From the NCBI RefSeq assembly GCF_964355755.1, contig NC_092676.1, forward strand, positions 10,207,888 to 10,271,887: a stretch of 64,000 nt of DNA, read 5' to 3'. The notes beneath the pieces are model-generated. The model was not told the origin of the DNA. It saw nothing but the letters and a program-made list of their open reading frames with translations, and ran no database searches. Positions 52,366 to 64,000 of this stretch are shown one piece after another; position 1 is the first letter of the stretch, and the number at the start of each line of letters is the position of its first letter. The position numbers and the translations under genes are program-made. Source of the DNA: Antedon mediterranea (lineage: Eukaryota; Animalia; Echinodermata).

Positions 52366-53371
52366 TCTACAGTATCTAATTCCTCTTTCAATACGTAAAA
52401 TATGTTATTAATTAACACTAAATCAATAAAACAATTGTATATGTTAATAATTACTAAATAGCTGGATTTTTTAAATAATACCATAAATCTTCTAATTGTA
52501 ACCCTGGGTTATTATTCTTTGATTGGTTTTTAGGGTGGGTTACATTAGAAGTGGGGTTACCAAAATCATGATAATTACGGGAATGATAACTAAACTTTAT
52601 ATAATTATGCATAGGCCTATAAAATGCAAAATATAAGCCTAAAAAATAATAAACGAAATGTTTATTATTATTATTAGTTTTTAATGCACTATTATTTTAA
52701 AGAGATCCAAATTCTTCATACAAAAAAGTAGAAAGTGTGACCTTTTTTACGGTAATCGATATGCGCTGATATTATATATGCCGATATTATATATGCCAAT
52801 AATTATTTGTAACAAAAACATGTAAACACAGTGACGGTGCACAACACAGGCATGTTATTAATATAAATGTAACTAGAATTTAATTCGTCACTTTGACAAA
52901 TAGGTGATCATTTTATAATTTTACTGACATTTAATATTTAAAAAACATCCACGTGCGTAAAATATGATCGTAAACATGTATATTTATAGTATGCTGTGCC
53001 TATTACCGTAAATCTTCTAATTGTACTTTTAGAGTAGTAGGTTACTATTACTAATCTAAAATTAGGTAACTGAAAATAGTAACCCACCCCTAACTTTTCC
53101 GGTCAGCAAAATAATAAAACAGTACGAATAAACAAATTTGTTTGAACTTTAACTTTATTTTATAAACTCAAAAACACTCAATCCTCCCCCTCTCCTGTGA
53201 TCAACATCATAAACGACCAGTCTTGTTCATAATGAAAAGAATAATATAAAATAAACAAATTTCTTAGCCTTCTTAAAAAAAAATTAACATGACTAGAAAC
53301 TTGTCACATGTTTTTTCTAGATTCAAACCATAGCTTATACTAATTATAGGCCTATGCTATTGTTATCATTT

Positions 53372-54673
53372 CAGGCCTCAAATCTGGGGATTTTAGGGGC
53401 AAGGCCATTTGGCCTCCGGTTTTCATTGATTTTAGGGGCACCAAGGCCATTTGTTTTAAATCAAAGGGGAACCAAGGCCAAAATTAAAAAATATTTTAAT
53501 TTAACTAGGCCAAAATAAAAAAAAAGCTTGTTTCCGGTTGAGGATGGAATTTTTTTCCAAAAAAAAAAAATTCTACCCGCAAAATGTTTTGGAGATTTCT
53601 CCCTATTCATCAGATTGCGTAGTAGTAGGAGAGGACTGTCTACATCTTTTGTATTTCACATAAATTTTACATGTATTTACGATCCATATAAATAATAAAT
53701 AGGTACGATGTTCAGCATTTATAGTTTACCGTCCTGGGTTGAATGTTTCGTTTAGTTTCGTTTATTTTTCCACTCACTTATATATATAATTTAAACAAAC
53801 ATGAGTATACATATTAAATGTGGGTGGATGATGTATAACGATACAATGTAGCGGATATTATTGAATACCAGGCTGAAGGATTTAATGCCATGTATCACCA
53901 CCAAATTAATAAGGATAAAAGATTGGCGAAAAATTATGTAGCATATTCTGACACCATTTTGTGTTTGAAATTAGATTTAAAACTAGAAAAGGAAGGTTTC
54001 TGTTTAAATTCATTTGAGAGTGAAGTCCAAAGTTTGGGACCAAAATAATAAATAGAAGATCGTCGAGCCTTAACATTTAAATTATCAAAGATATAATTGT
54101 TTACAAAGGATTGGGTTTTATAGGAATGGCTTTCGTCAATTCTTGTAAATAAAGCACTAAAATCTGAAGGCAGTAAATTGTTAGATAAATGGTACATAAA
54201 TGAGGCAACTTGTAATTTTTTAAATCATAAATGTTTAAAACGTTAAATCTTTTAAAAAGTAATTTTGTATGGGCTCTAAATGATTCTCCCGCACAAATCT
54301 GAAGTGCATGTTTTTGTAGTTTAAAGAGGCGTTCTATATGAGTTTTCTCTAGACTTGTCCAGGGGCATAACGTATCCAATTTATCTAGAGTAATTGCCCA
54401 ACATAAATTGGCATAAGAAAGGTAAGGCAAAACTAAAGTATTATAAAGGGTTAATAAGGTTTTTTGAGGGACGATATGTTTAATATTCCAATTTTTCTGG
54501 AAACTAGATTACTGATTTTATTTATGTGTAGTTTCCAAGTCAAAGAGGCATCTATGGTTACTCCTAAAAATTGTGTTTCAATAACTCGTTTGATCAATGT
54601 GTTATCAAAGTATATTTGTTCATTCATTCATTAGTTTCAAACAATGCGATAAAAAGGCATGTGAAGCCAACCA
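53372..54673 (-). mobile_element. Partial inverted copy of the 43312-45028 hAT-like element, interrupted by a LINE
   Basis: 53372-53759 and 54631-54673 are the reverse complement of about 44584-45028. Confidence 0.8.
53760..54630 (-). mobile_element. 5'-truncated L2/Crack-type LINE, frameshifted ORF2 C-terminus
   Basis: LYNTLVLPYLSYANLCWA...LFKLQKHALQIC...HTKLLFKRFNVLNIYDL / MYHLSNNLLP...GPKLWTSL. 8-bp TSD TTAGTTTC at 53752-53759 and 54631-54638. Confidence 0.85.
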
Positions 54674-56942
54674 CAGTGTAATAAAGCGACACTTTATTAA
54701 TAACTCGTACACGAAGGCTTAATTTTTATGCAGGGTTTATTCTTTCAATAACGTATGATACTACAATACATATCCTGGAAACACTGATAATAAATTGTAA
54801 GGCCTCGCACATAACACCGCCTTCGACCACAATGTCCCTTTCAATGCCGTTTTACGTGATTGGCATTATACTGTAGTGTACAAGCATAATTTGCATATAA
54901 GTGTACAAATACCACAACAATAGAGGGCGCACACTTTAACATGGCTCCCTTGCAAACGATACTAGAGATCTTTGCAAAACATAAAATATAATAACACATT
55001 ACAAACATTAAACAGCACGATCAAGTTATAAAGGCTCCACTGACGGGGATTTGAAACAATAATGAAATTACTTATGATTAAGACTTAAGGTCTATTCAAT
55101 CAAAGATTATCATCAGTATAGGCGAATCGCCAAAATCCATATTATTCGCAATACATTTTATAAAAGAGCATGGCCAACCATGATTCTAGTATTATTATTA
55201 TGGTGCGCGTATATGTGTCGTGGTTAACATTGTGCTAGCGTAGAATTTCCATGCACGCGTATCCTATCTGCAAAGGTAAAAATATATTTTCTGTTCACAT
55301 ATTAATAAATTAATATACAATAACACCCTTATCTTGCAAAATCTTTAATATGGAAACATTGTATAGGGAAATGAATATCTGTCAGTGACGTCCCTTAAAC
55401 AATTTAACCTACTCACAATTTTTGATTTAAATAACTTACAGGAAATATGTTTCATCCTTGATCAAAGTAAAAAAAATGAATCTGCCAAAAACCAAATTCA
55501 ATTCGATCCATATTCAGTCACGGACCAAATATTTGGAATGCGCTCTATAAAACCTATAAATTAAATCCAAGAGCTAAACTAAAGAAATAATTTTGAGTAA
55601 TTACTAAAAAAGAGAGGAGAAAAAACATTAGGCCTATTATTATGCTGAGTCGTTCTGATTGGTGGTCGTGCTTATGTGCGTCACTATTAATTTTCCTCTT
55701 TGTCCACGTAGGAGTGTCCCACCGGAGGTGCTGACCGATCGTGAGCGACCCATTTGTTTTTTGTTTTGATTAGTCACGGTTATAATTTAGCTCTCTTCTA
55801 AGGAGGTCGAAGTGAGCATCCCTCAGTTTGTTCCCAACTTCGTTCGGCACCTCGATGTATGATTGGTCGTAATATGGGAAACGAGTGATTATGCATTCTC
55901 GTTTGATGCAATAGAACTTCCTAGTAAGTTTGGTAGAAACAAGTTTGTTCCCCTTGTTATTTGGATCCGGATATAGCCACTTCTCATCATGGTAAATTGC
56001 AATATTATAAGGGATGATTTCTTGTCTCCGTGGGAATTCCGTGTCACATTGTCTGCATTCAATGGCTCTTGAATTCTTCATAATAAAACAAACCACAAGG
56101 GAGTTGTTGTTGCAGTGAATATCACTGTATCAGTGTAAGGGCGTGTAGTAGTTGTAGCTCTGTGGCGATTACGCCATTGATATTTGTGTGTTCCTTTTTT
56201 CCCGCTTGATTCCGTGACCTTTTCGACCAATGCTCTTTTTGAGACCAGTTGCTTTCGTTTGAGATGATGTAAGTGTGACTTTCGTTAATTTCGGCAACAC
56301 AAATTGAGTGTTTGCACAAACCATTGTATTCATAACATGGGCAAGTACAGTTCGCATGATCGGAGTAAACAACACACTCATACATACCGCTCTTGCAACT
56401 TTCAGAAGCGACTAAATATTAATTATGGTTGTCTTTTTGATGGCATCTTCAATTGTCAGCTTGTTTAACTTATCAATATATTGCTGCCTTTCCTCCTTCT
56501 CCCATTCAACCAATCATCAGGTTCCACTGCAAGGTGGTAGCTTGCTCTCTCTGCCAGTTTATATTCGTCACTTAGCCCGCATATTGCCAAACCAAGCTCT
56601 ATTTGCTGTTGGCGATTCACTTCCTCCCACACATCTCTTAAAAACTTAGTCACGTTGGTTTTGTTGTTGATGCTCTCCAATTGGTTCGAATAACATCTTT
56701 TTGTTTTTCCTGTGTTGTGTGTTGCCATTCCTGCCTTCCGCGTCGCTGATTCTACCATAGATCTTGCCATCATCTTTTCGTGGGCAGAAAGGTAGACCCA
56801 GAATTGTGCTGATCTGCATCCAGTAACCAATGTTTCATGGTTATCTAATTATCTTTTTTGAAGCTGTAAGGTAACTTTTCAAATCATCAATGTCACTTGC
56901 ATCTAAGATGTCTTCATGTTTACCATCTCCGAAAACCGAATC

Positions 56943-59481
56943 CAGGGCTCGCAGAATCCTAAAATATTTGGTTGCCCTTCGGGCAAGTAGGTTTTAGATT
57001 TTGGTTGCCCTCATCATTTTTTACTTGCCCACTATTTTAACTTAATTTTAACGTTTTACAAGAATTTTACCGCGACTGCACCGCGAAAAAACGTCGGTGA
57101 CAAACGCCTTTGCTTAATACACTGTAGTGTTTTTTTTTCGATGGATTTTAAGTAGTAAAAAAAATTTTTCAAATTGTTTTCAATTACAACGTGATGTAGG
57201 CCAATCTTTTAAGAACATTTTACAGTAATTTTTTTTCTCATACGATCCTCCGTTCAAGAGTTACGATTGTTTTAACTAACATGGTGTCCTGAAATCCCCT
57301 GAAAATGCTATGTTATTTCTGTTGGTTACGCTTCGTTGCACGGCATTATTCACGTGAGTTTACTTTGGGAGAAAAAAGGTTTTGCTTCTATTGTGCATCA
57401 ATGACCAGGCCCGTAACCAGGGGGGATCGGGGGAATCGTACCCCGCTGAACAGCGAGTTCCGCTTGGCCTCCCACTTTTTTTTTTGCTGTTTTGCTGGGC
57501 ATACTAACACAACACGACGATTGTTCTTGATAACTGCTGAACATCATGGTTCTGGAGCTAGCGAGCTGTACACAGAGCATAGTTGTTTGCTTGACATAAA
57601 AGGGTATTCCCCTACACAGGTCTCCGCCGGCGTGCGTGTGACGTGCCCAGCCAGCTGCTTGATAGAAAGCATGGAGCTCACGCAAGTGCAAGACGCAATA
57701 GTTGAGTGAATTCAGGGATCATCTTAATTCCATGGTTTGTTACCTAAACACCACATGATGGTGAATATGCCTGTTAAAGTCTCAATGATACGATCCCTTA
57801 ATGTACCATGTTGTTGCTAGGAGGCATTAAAAGGAGGAGGGATCTAGCCTAGTTTCGGTCGGCAAGAGAATGCCGTCCTCTGACAATTTAAGGTCGGTAA
57901 TAAGGTCGGCAATTGAAATTCGTGAGCTGGAAATTACACCAAATTATATAGTTCATAAACAAAATAGATTAGCCGGAAATGCGATTTGCGGCCATACATA
58001 GGCCTATAGAGAAACAAAATTTGAGGGTATGGTTCCACTAAAAAACTTAACGATCCACCCCGCCGTCAAACCTGGTTACGGCCCTGATGTCATTCCGAAA
58101 TCAAGCTATTTTGCGATATTAAAAATGTAGTGGCCTAGACCTGGCACTTTAAATTATCTTATTATTTAATAACTATATCTAAAATGTAGGTCTAGGCCTA
58201 AAAAGTTTAAACAAAGTACTTATGAAGGTGATGAGCTTGCCGAAGCCTACAGTAGTTGAAATCATAGTGAAGAGAAGAAAATAAAAAAAAACAAACATCA
58301 ACTGACGTCCGTCTACGTGAAACAATACGCATGCGTATAGCAAAATACCTCACAGCAGCTGCCGTACGTACTGTAGTAGGAGCACATGGGTACGGTGTGT
58401 GGAGAGTGCGGGCTTGTGGAAGTTTACTTGTTGTTTCAGTAGAAGCTCGCACAGGTTGGATGAAAACAACCATCTGCTCGCACAAGTTGGTGATCGAAAA
58501 CAAGGGAACTAGCTGTGCCGAATTGTGGTGAAAACCATGTGCTCCGCCTCCGCCAAGGAGTGCAGTTCTTTGAAAGTTTAACTCTCGGCGATACCCGAAG
58601 AAGTGTATTATTTTCAATGTTGATAATAAAAAATAAACTGTAACTATTTAAGTATTCAATGTATTTATTAAATAAATTATTAGGCATATTAAATTTATAT
58701 TCTGTAATAATACTTGCCTGTGTTAAAAACATCGGCCGCCTAATCCAACTCCCGGTGCCTATTTGGCACAATTACAATTACGTATTTATTATAATTTAAT
58801 AATATACTGTATTTTTAATACAACTGTACATTTGAACAATAATTACAGTAATTCAGCAAATTATTTATTACAAACAAAATACATAACATGAATGTAATTA
58901 AACATAGGCCTAATCTACTATCTAGGCTGTAGGCCACATAATTATTTTAATACTAAGTAGTAGATTCCGATTTTATTACCACCGTAAAATGATGTTGATA
59001 ATTGAGAAAAACAAAAACATACTAGTCCCTATTCTATTCGGTTTATATATTCTATAGAGTTATAGAAACTCCCTGGTATAACTTCAAATAAGTTGAAAGA
59101 CGAGAGTTCAACGCTTCCTATTTCGCGATCAATGGATGCCGCGAGAGACCGCGTACTAATTGACAGACCTGGAAACATTATACATAAACGACTTAATATG
59201 CGCGCCCGACTGCTGCATAGAAACACATGTTTTGGCTCCTTGAGATAACGTTCCATACCACCGCATTCCGATCCATACACTGGTCTCGACGTCAAGAGAA
59301 TTCGTTCGCGCGCGACTATTATTTTCATTGTTAAAGTATTTCACAACCCCTGTAAAACATTGTGGACATTTTCGGTGATTTTAAGAGGTTGCCCGTCGGG
59401 ACATGACATGTTAATTTTTAGTTGCCCAGCGTATTTTTTTGGTTGCCGCGGGACGTCGGGCATGCGATTCTGCGAGCCCTG
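56943..59481. mobile_element. Non-autonomous hAT-like element with 5-bp TSD
   Basis: 16-bp perfect TIR CAGGGCTCGCAGAATC, TSD GAATC, and subterminal GTTGCCC repeats. Confidence 0.85.
57406..58086. mobile_element. hAT-like MITE nested in the 56943-59481 element
   Basis: TIR CAGGCCCGTAACCAGG / CCTGGTTACGGCCCTG (15 of 16 match), flanks ATGAC and ATGTC. Confidence 0.75.
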
Positions 59482-60374
59482 GAATCTATGATTCGTTTCT
59501 GTGATTTCTTTTGCACCCCTAATCTCTTTAGCTTTTCCACGCAATTTATGCGAAAGTGTCTGAAACACCTTAAAATGGATATGAAAGGGTTCCTAGCAAT
59601 GTCATTTTATTGGCTCAACGTGTAGATCAGTCAGTTTTAAGCTTGCCATAGTCATACTTAATGTTTTGGACGACGACAAAGCCCTCAAAACGCTAACAGT
59701 TATTTTTGTATTACAGGGATAGGAATTTAGGAGTAAATCATTGATTAATGCGTGAGCATGGTAGTAATTACTTATCGCTTTAATATTTTTATTCATGGAT
59801 AAGTATGTTAGCTTAATCGAATAAAATTAATTCATATTATCAACCATGTTTTTTTTTAAACAGATTTTAATTTCGTTTTTCAAGGCCACCTTTCACGAAA
59901 TTCATAGCCAAATGCCTATCTTGCTGGGTACACGGAGTTATTTTGCGCGTGCATGAGAATCACAGTCGATCACCACCTTCGGTCTCGACCCTCCTCTCGC
60001 GATCGCGAGCGATGTTTATTTCGCTATTTATTACTGCGTATTTATTATACACGTGAAACATTCATGTTATTATTTTGTTGTAATTAACTGAAATTCATGG
60101 AAATTCGTCCACATTAAACATCGGAAGATGAGCGTCTTGTTAACACAGGTGTTAACATCGTTTTGAAGAAACGTTTGGATGAGTAAATGGTGTTTGAAAA
60201 TGCCATGCCCTAGCTAGGCCTTTTTAGTAGTGACTGCAGCTAGCTAGCTGGATACGGTATGTAGCCGCCCGCCCAGAGGTGAGCTGAGAGCTTATGCTCC
60301 TTGATGTATTGTTGAAGGTGTTAATGGTAGGCACAATTGTGTTACTGTATATTATGTACAGTATATACACATTA

Positions 60375-61612
60375 GGCCAAATAAAAAAATATACTTGTTA
60401 AGCGTCACACCTTCATAAATTTTCAGGGGCGGGGGGACGGTTTTTTTTTTTTTTTTTTACTTTTTATGGAGGTGTATTTTTGCGCGGTGGACGTTTTGGC
60501 CCACCTTTTTTAGGACGAAACGTCAAACTTTTAAAATGCGAAAAAACAGAACAAAATTGACTATGTATGAAATATTATTGCCTAAGACAAAATTGAGAGT
60601 TTTGTATTGTTTATATCCAGACGTAATTAAAACATTAAATTTAATTGCCACCAAGCGAAATTGTAGGCCATAGGCTAACTAATCCGTCCAAGCTGCTACC
60701 CCCGCCTCACTCATCGGCCATCCGCCGTCTCTCGCTCGACTCATCTATCCAGGAAATTCCCTATCGCGAGAAGCATGATTTGGTCTCAATAATACTAAAT
60801 AGTGGTCTGATTTATTGAAAACAGCTTACAGCATTTCTTAAGTGAATTTTTATTCAACGTATTCATTCTTCTTTGATGAATCCTTTGCCAATTTCTATGT
60901 AAATCAGTATTTAAAGTTGTGATGCAAAAAGTGTATGTATTCCACAGGTAAACCAGGCATAAGGAAACTCATCGCCCAACAGGACCTCGTGGTGTGCCGA
61001 TCTCGAGATCATCGTAAACAAAATTGGTAGAGTCCATTATGTATGGGGTGTTTTCTATTTACGAACCTATAAAAAAACGCGCTTCGACCACTGTGTAGGC
61101 AAAATATTTATTTCGTTAAATCCCTAAATTGATAATCGCGTATTCTGTAATCACGTGACTGATGATGTAATCCTCAGCGACGTACTAAATGCACATGATT
61201 TAATGTGTTGGGGAAAAAGCTTGCTGTTCACCACATTACATGATTCACGGTGCTATTCGCGTTTCCTTGACATAAATCGGCGGCATGTAAATGAAACAAT
61301 TGTTTTCACCAAATTGCCCATAGAGCGATCGGCGGCTAGCGTTGGCTAAGCTAAAAAGTACGTATTTTTCAAAAATTACACTAGCCTAACAAACATTTGC
61401 TAGTTTTGAAATTTTCAACTAGCAATTATGAAGAAACTACTAGCAAAATGCTAGTTTGCTAGCGTGAATTTCGAGCCCTACTCTGGAGCTGGGCCGGGCC
61501 GCTGAACTTTCCGTTGTATATCGGTAAAAAAAAAATAAAAAATAAAAAGAGAGGCGGCTGGATAATCAGGAGCGGGCGGTGACGCTTAACAAGTATGTTT
61601 TTTTATTTGGCC
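60375..61612. mobile_element. Non-autonomous DNA transposon with TTA TSD (Zator or PIF/Harbinger type)
   Basis: ~33-bp TIR GGCCAAATAAAAAAA(T/C)ATACTTGTTAAGCGTCAC at both ends, flanked by TTA. Contains the end of another hAT-like element (GAATTTCGAGCCCT near 61466-61479). Confidence 0.75.
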
Positions 61613-62140
61613 TTATTTATAAGTACGTTTATTAATATTGTTGTGTGCTGTAGTGTCCGTTTCTGACTAAGGCATTATTAAAATAATTTGTTGTTATACA
61701 TGCCAGGCTAGGCCCTAGGCAACACTGAATACTAAATATATTAGGATTCCCAATACAATACAATGAATAGAAGTGAATTTCCTCTAATGTAGTAATCAAG
61801 GGTCTAACAGGCCAGGCCAAGGTAGGGGTATTTAAGCTTGTATCATATTAATACAGTGTAAATAAACAATTTGTTTGTATTTTTACTTACCTACAGGTCT
61901 ATAATTGCAGTGCTACTATGATAATTGATGGACAGGATAAGCAAATGCATTTATTGATTGGAATGGAAGCGCAAATGTTAGAGTCAAATTATAATATTAC
62001 GGTAACCGATACTGAGCATTGCCATTAAACTGTTGATCAAACCTACATAATACATTATACTAAATTATTATTTTGTTTTGAGGGCAGATAAACATGTGAT
62101 ATGCAATATAGAATGTATACATTTGCCTTCGTGCCATTCA

Positions 62141-62366
62141 TTATACTGTGCTTATTATACTGTGCTTATTATACTGTGCTTATTATACTGTGCTTATTAT
62201 ACTGTGCTTATTATACTGTGCTTATTATACTGTGCTTATTATACTGTGCTTATTATACTGTGCTTATTATACTGTGCTTATTATACTGTGCTTATTATAC
62301 TGTGCTTATTATACTGTGCTTATTATACTGTGCTTATTATACTGTGCTTATTATACTGTGCTTATT
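62141..62366. repeat. 14-bp minisatellite, 16 perfect copies
   Basis: (TTATACTGTGCTTA)n. Confidence 0.97.
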
Positions 62367-63799
62367 CATTTTCATTTTTTCAGGTGAATAGAAAGTTACC
62401 CAGCGTACTTTATATAGATGCTACTTGGATCATGCTTGCACGATACATATGCAGTATACTAAGACACCAAGTATAGAATGAGTGCAGACAATTAAAATTA
62501 AAGAACTAAATCTTTATGAAGAATAGTAAAATATGCATAATAGACTGCTTTAGGCGTGAATGCTATGGTTACAGTTATACTGTAACTATGCTAATGTACT
62601 ACCAGACAGTACACTAGTAGCAGTGCATCATAGTGTTTAATGTTTTTAATCATCTAAATGGGTCTGGGTATATAAACAATAAATGACTAAACTGTACTAC
62701 GTACAATGGACATTTAATGAAAGAATCCATCACTTGAATATGATGATGAGCTGGCTGGTGTTGATAGAATTAAAATGTATCACTCAGGTCTCAAAAGTAA
62801 TTTATGTCCCGTTTGAAAAATCACGCTTGTTCCAAACTCATTTTGATACATTTGTTCAATAAAATTCATTCCACACACTATTTCTGCCATTGTTGATAAT
62901 TTTATTACTAGTACTATTACAGTTTTTCAAAGCCACCTCATGTACTGTTGATTCCATAAATCTGCAAAGAAAAGACCAATAAATGGGATAGAAATGTACT
63001 ATTATTTTTATTGAATCCTAACCTATAGTATTATATTTTATGACTTGGTAACAAACACAGAAAGAGGTTATTATTTAATTACAGTACTAACTAAACTATA
63101 ATAATCCTCTCTGCCTCACCTCTGCTCTACTTTAATTATTATTATATTACTATATTAGTCAATAACAAAAGTCAGAGTTAAAAAAGAACTTACCTTTTTT
63201 ATTTCCGTCGCCTTTTACATACGTCTACGCGCGTGCCTTGTCCACTTCCTGGAGGTTCGACTACTACTCTCTTGTACACTGTCTAGGCCTAGCTAGGCCT
63301 AGTACTAGCGAATTTAGAAGAAACTATAGTAGTCTACTAGACCTAGCCTACTTTGTAGTCTGCGCGAGTGGTTAGTGTGATATGTACAAATACACTCTTT
63401 CTTCTTTTCACATACAATCTTTGCAGACACAGCTTTTTATTTATTTGTGAAATATCGATATTTTCTACGACTGCATCAATACGGAGCTTGCAACACGTGA
63501 GTCTCTCGTGTATAATGGGTTTGTTTATTTTGTTTGCACGCAGTGTCCGCGAACAAAACAAGATGGTGATTGGCCTGTATTAAAATTTATTAACCAATCA
63601 CAAAACGACTGCTGCCGTGGCTACAACCTCGGGTGTTTCAAACTTTAAACTTGACGATCTCGTACGTGCGTATAGAACGTTCATAAAAATTAAGATGGCG
63701 TGCCAGTTGGTCGGCCATTTTGCGGACGTTTTATATCAAAATTTAATTTGTTTATTTCTAAAGTTCTACTAGGTATTTGAATCTAATTTTTTGTGTGTT

Positions 63800-64000
63800 G
63801 TTTATTAACATTAAAAGGATTCATACAAAGTCATTTTTTTTTTTTTTTTTTTTTTTCATTGTCTCTTCTATTGCACCATGTAACGCTGTTTCTCCATCTG
63901 TGATGAATCCAAACCCATCTTCAAGACCAGAACAGTTTCCATTGACAGCAGATGCTATTTTTCTGTAAGTTGCTCTGTCCTTACTGCTATGAATAGCAGT
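63800..64000 (-). mobile_element. MULE-type transposase fragment entering from the right edge
   Basis: Minus-strand frame TAIHSSKDRATYRKIASAV...GFGFITDGETALHGAIEETM has the TDGExAL catalytic-Asp motif, then is broken by a poly(A) run. Confidence 0.6.

Larger units (their letters stand above)
55770..59620 (-). pseudogene. Degenerate Mutator/MULE-like transposase with SWIM zinc finger, split by an insertion
   Basis: LRCFRHFRINCVEKLKRLGV (CxxH motif, about 59550-59510) rejoins ...IDS|VFGDGK across 56943-59481. YSNQLESIN region, SWIM motif CTCPCYEYNGLCKHSICVA (about 56350-56290), and a C-terminal Cys-rich domain (CRQC...YCIKRECIITRFPYY). Multiple stops and frameshifts. Confidence 0.75.

Noticed and set aside
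57305-58771. Several 97-136 aa ORFs
   Set aside because: They lie within nested non-autonomous elements, cross insertion boundaries, and have no recognisable domain.
62078-62391. Hydrophobic repetitive ORFs in three frames (LCLLYCAYYTVLII)n
   Set aside because: They result from translating a stop-free 14-bp minisatellite.
63695-63772. AAGATGGCG start as the first coding exon of a plus-strand gene
   Set aside because: The frame closes at TAG after 25 codons, just before the candidate donor. It was kept only as a promoter-like motif.

Overview
AT-rich animal genomic DNA with spliceosomal introns (invertebrate; an echinoderm origin is a weak guess). Four host genes could be spliced together by hand, as two head-to-head pairs. 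Pair 1: PDHA1 (5' three exons, minus strand, runs off the left edge) and SNX3/12 (complete, 165 aa). Pair 2: PPIL6 (complete, 306 aa, minus strand) and SETD4 (about 439 aa, plus strand, with a 19.6-kb first intron). Almost everything else is nested transposon DNA. The most unusual structures are: (1) five diverged ~1.5-kb Helentron/DINE-1-type (HINE) bodies followed by four stacked terminal hairpin caps, which looks like serial self-targeted nesting rather than a plain satellite; (2) a small HINE-type element enclosing two tRNA-Val(AAC)-like genes; (3) a ~17-kb foldback-like element whose inverted arms are 20-bp minisatellite arrays; (4) a young, nearly perfect 434-bp-arm Penelope palindrome with a 12-bp TSD and a hammerhead-like motif. 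All coordinates and alignments were read by eye. No database search was run.
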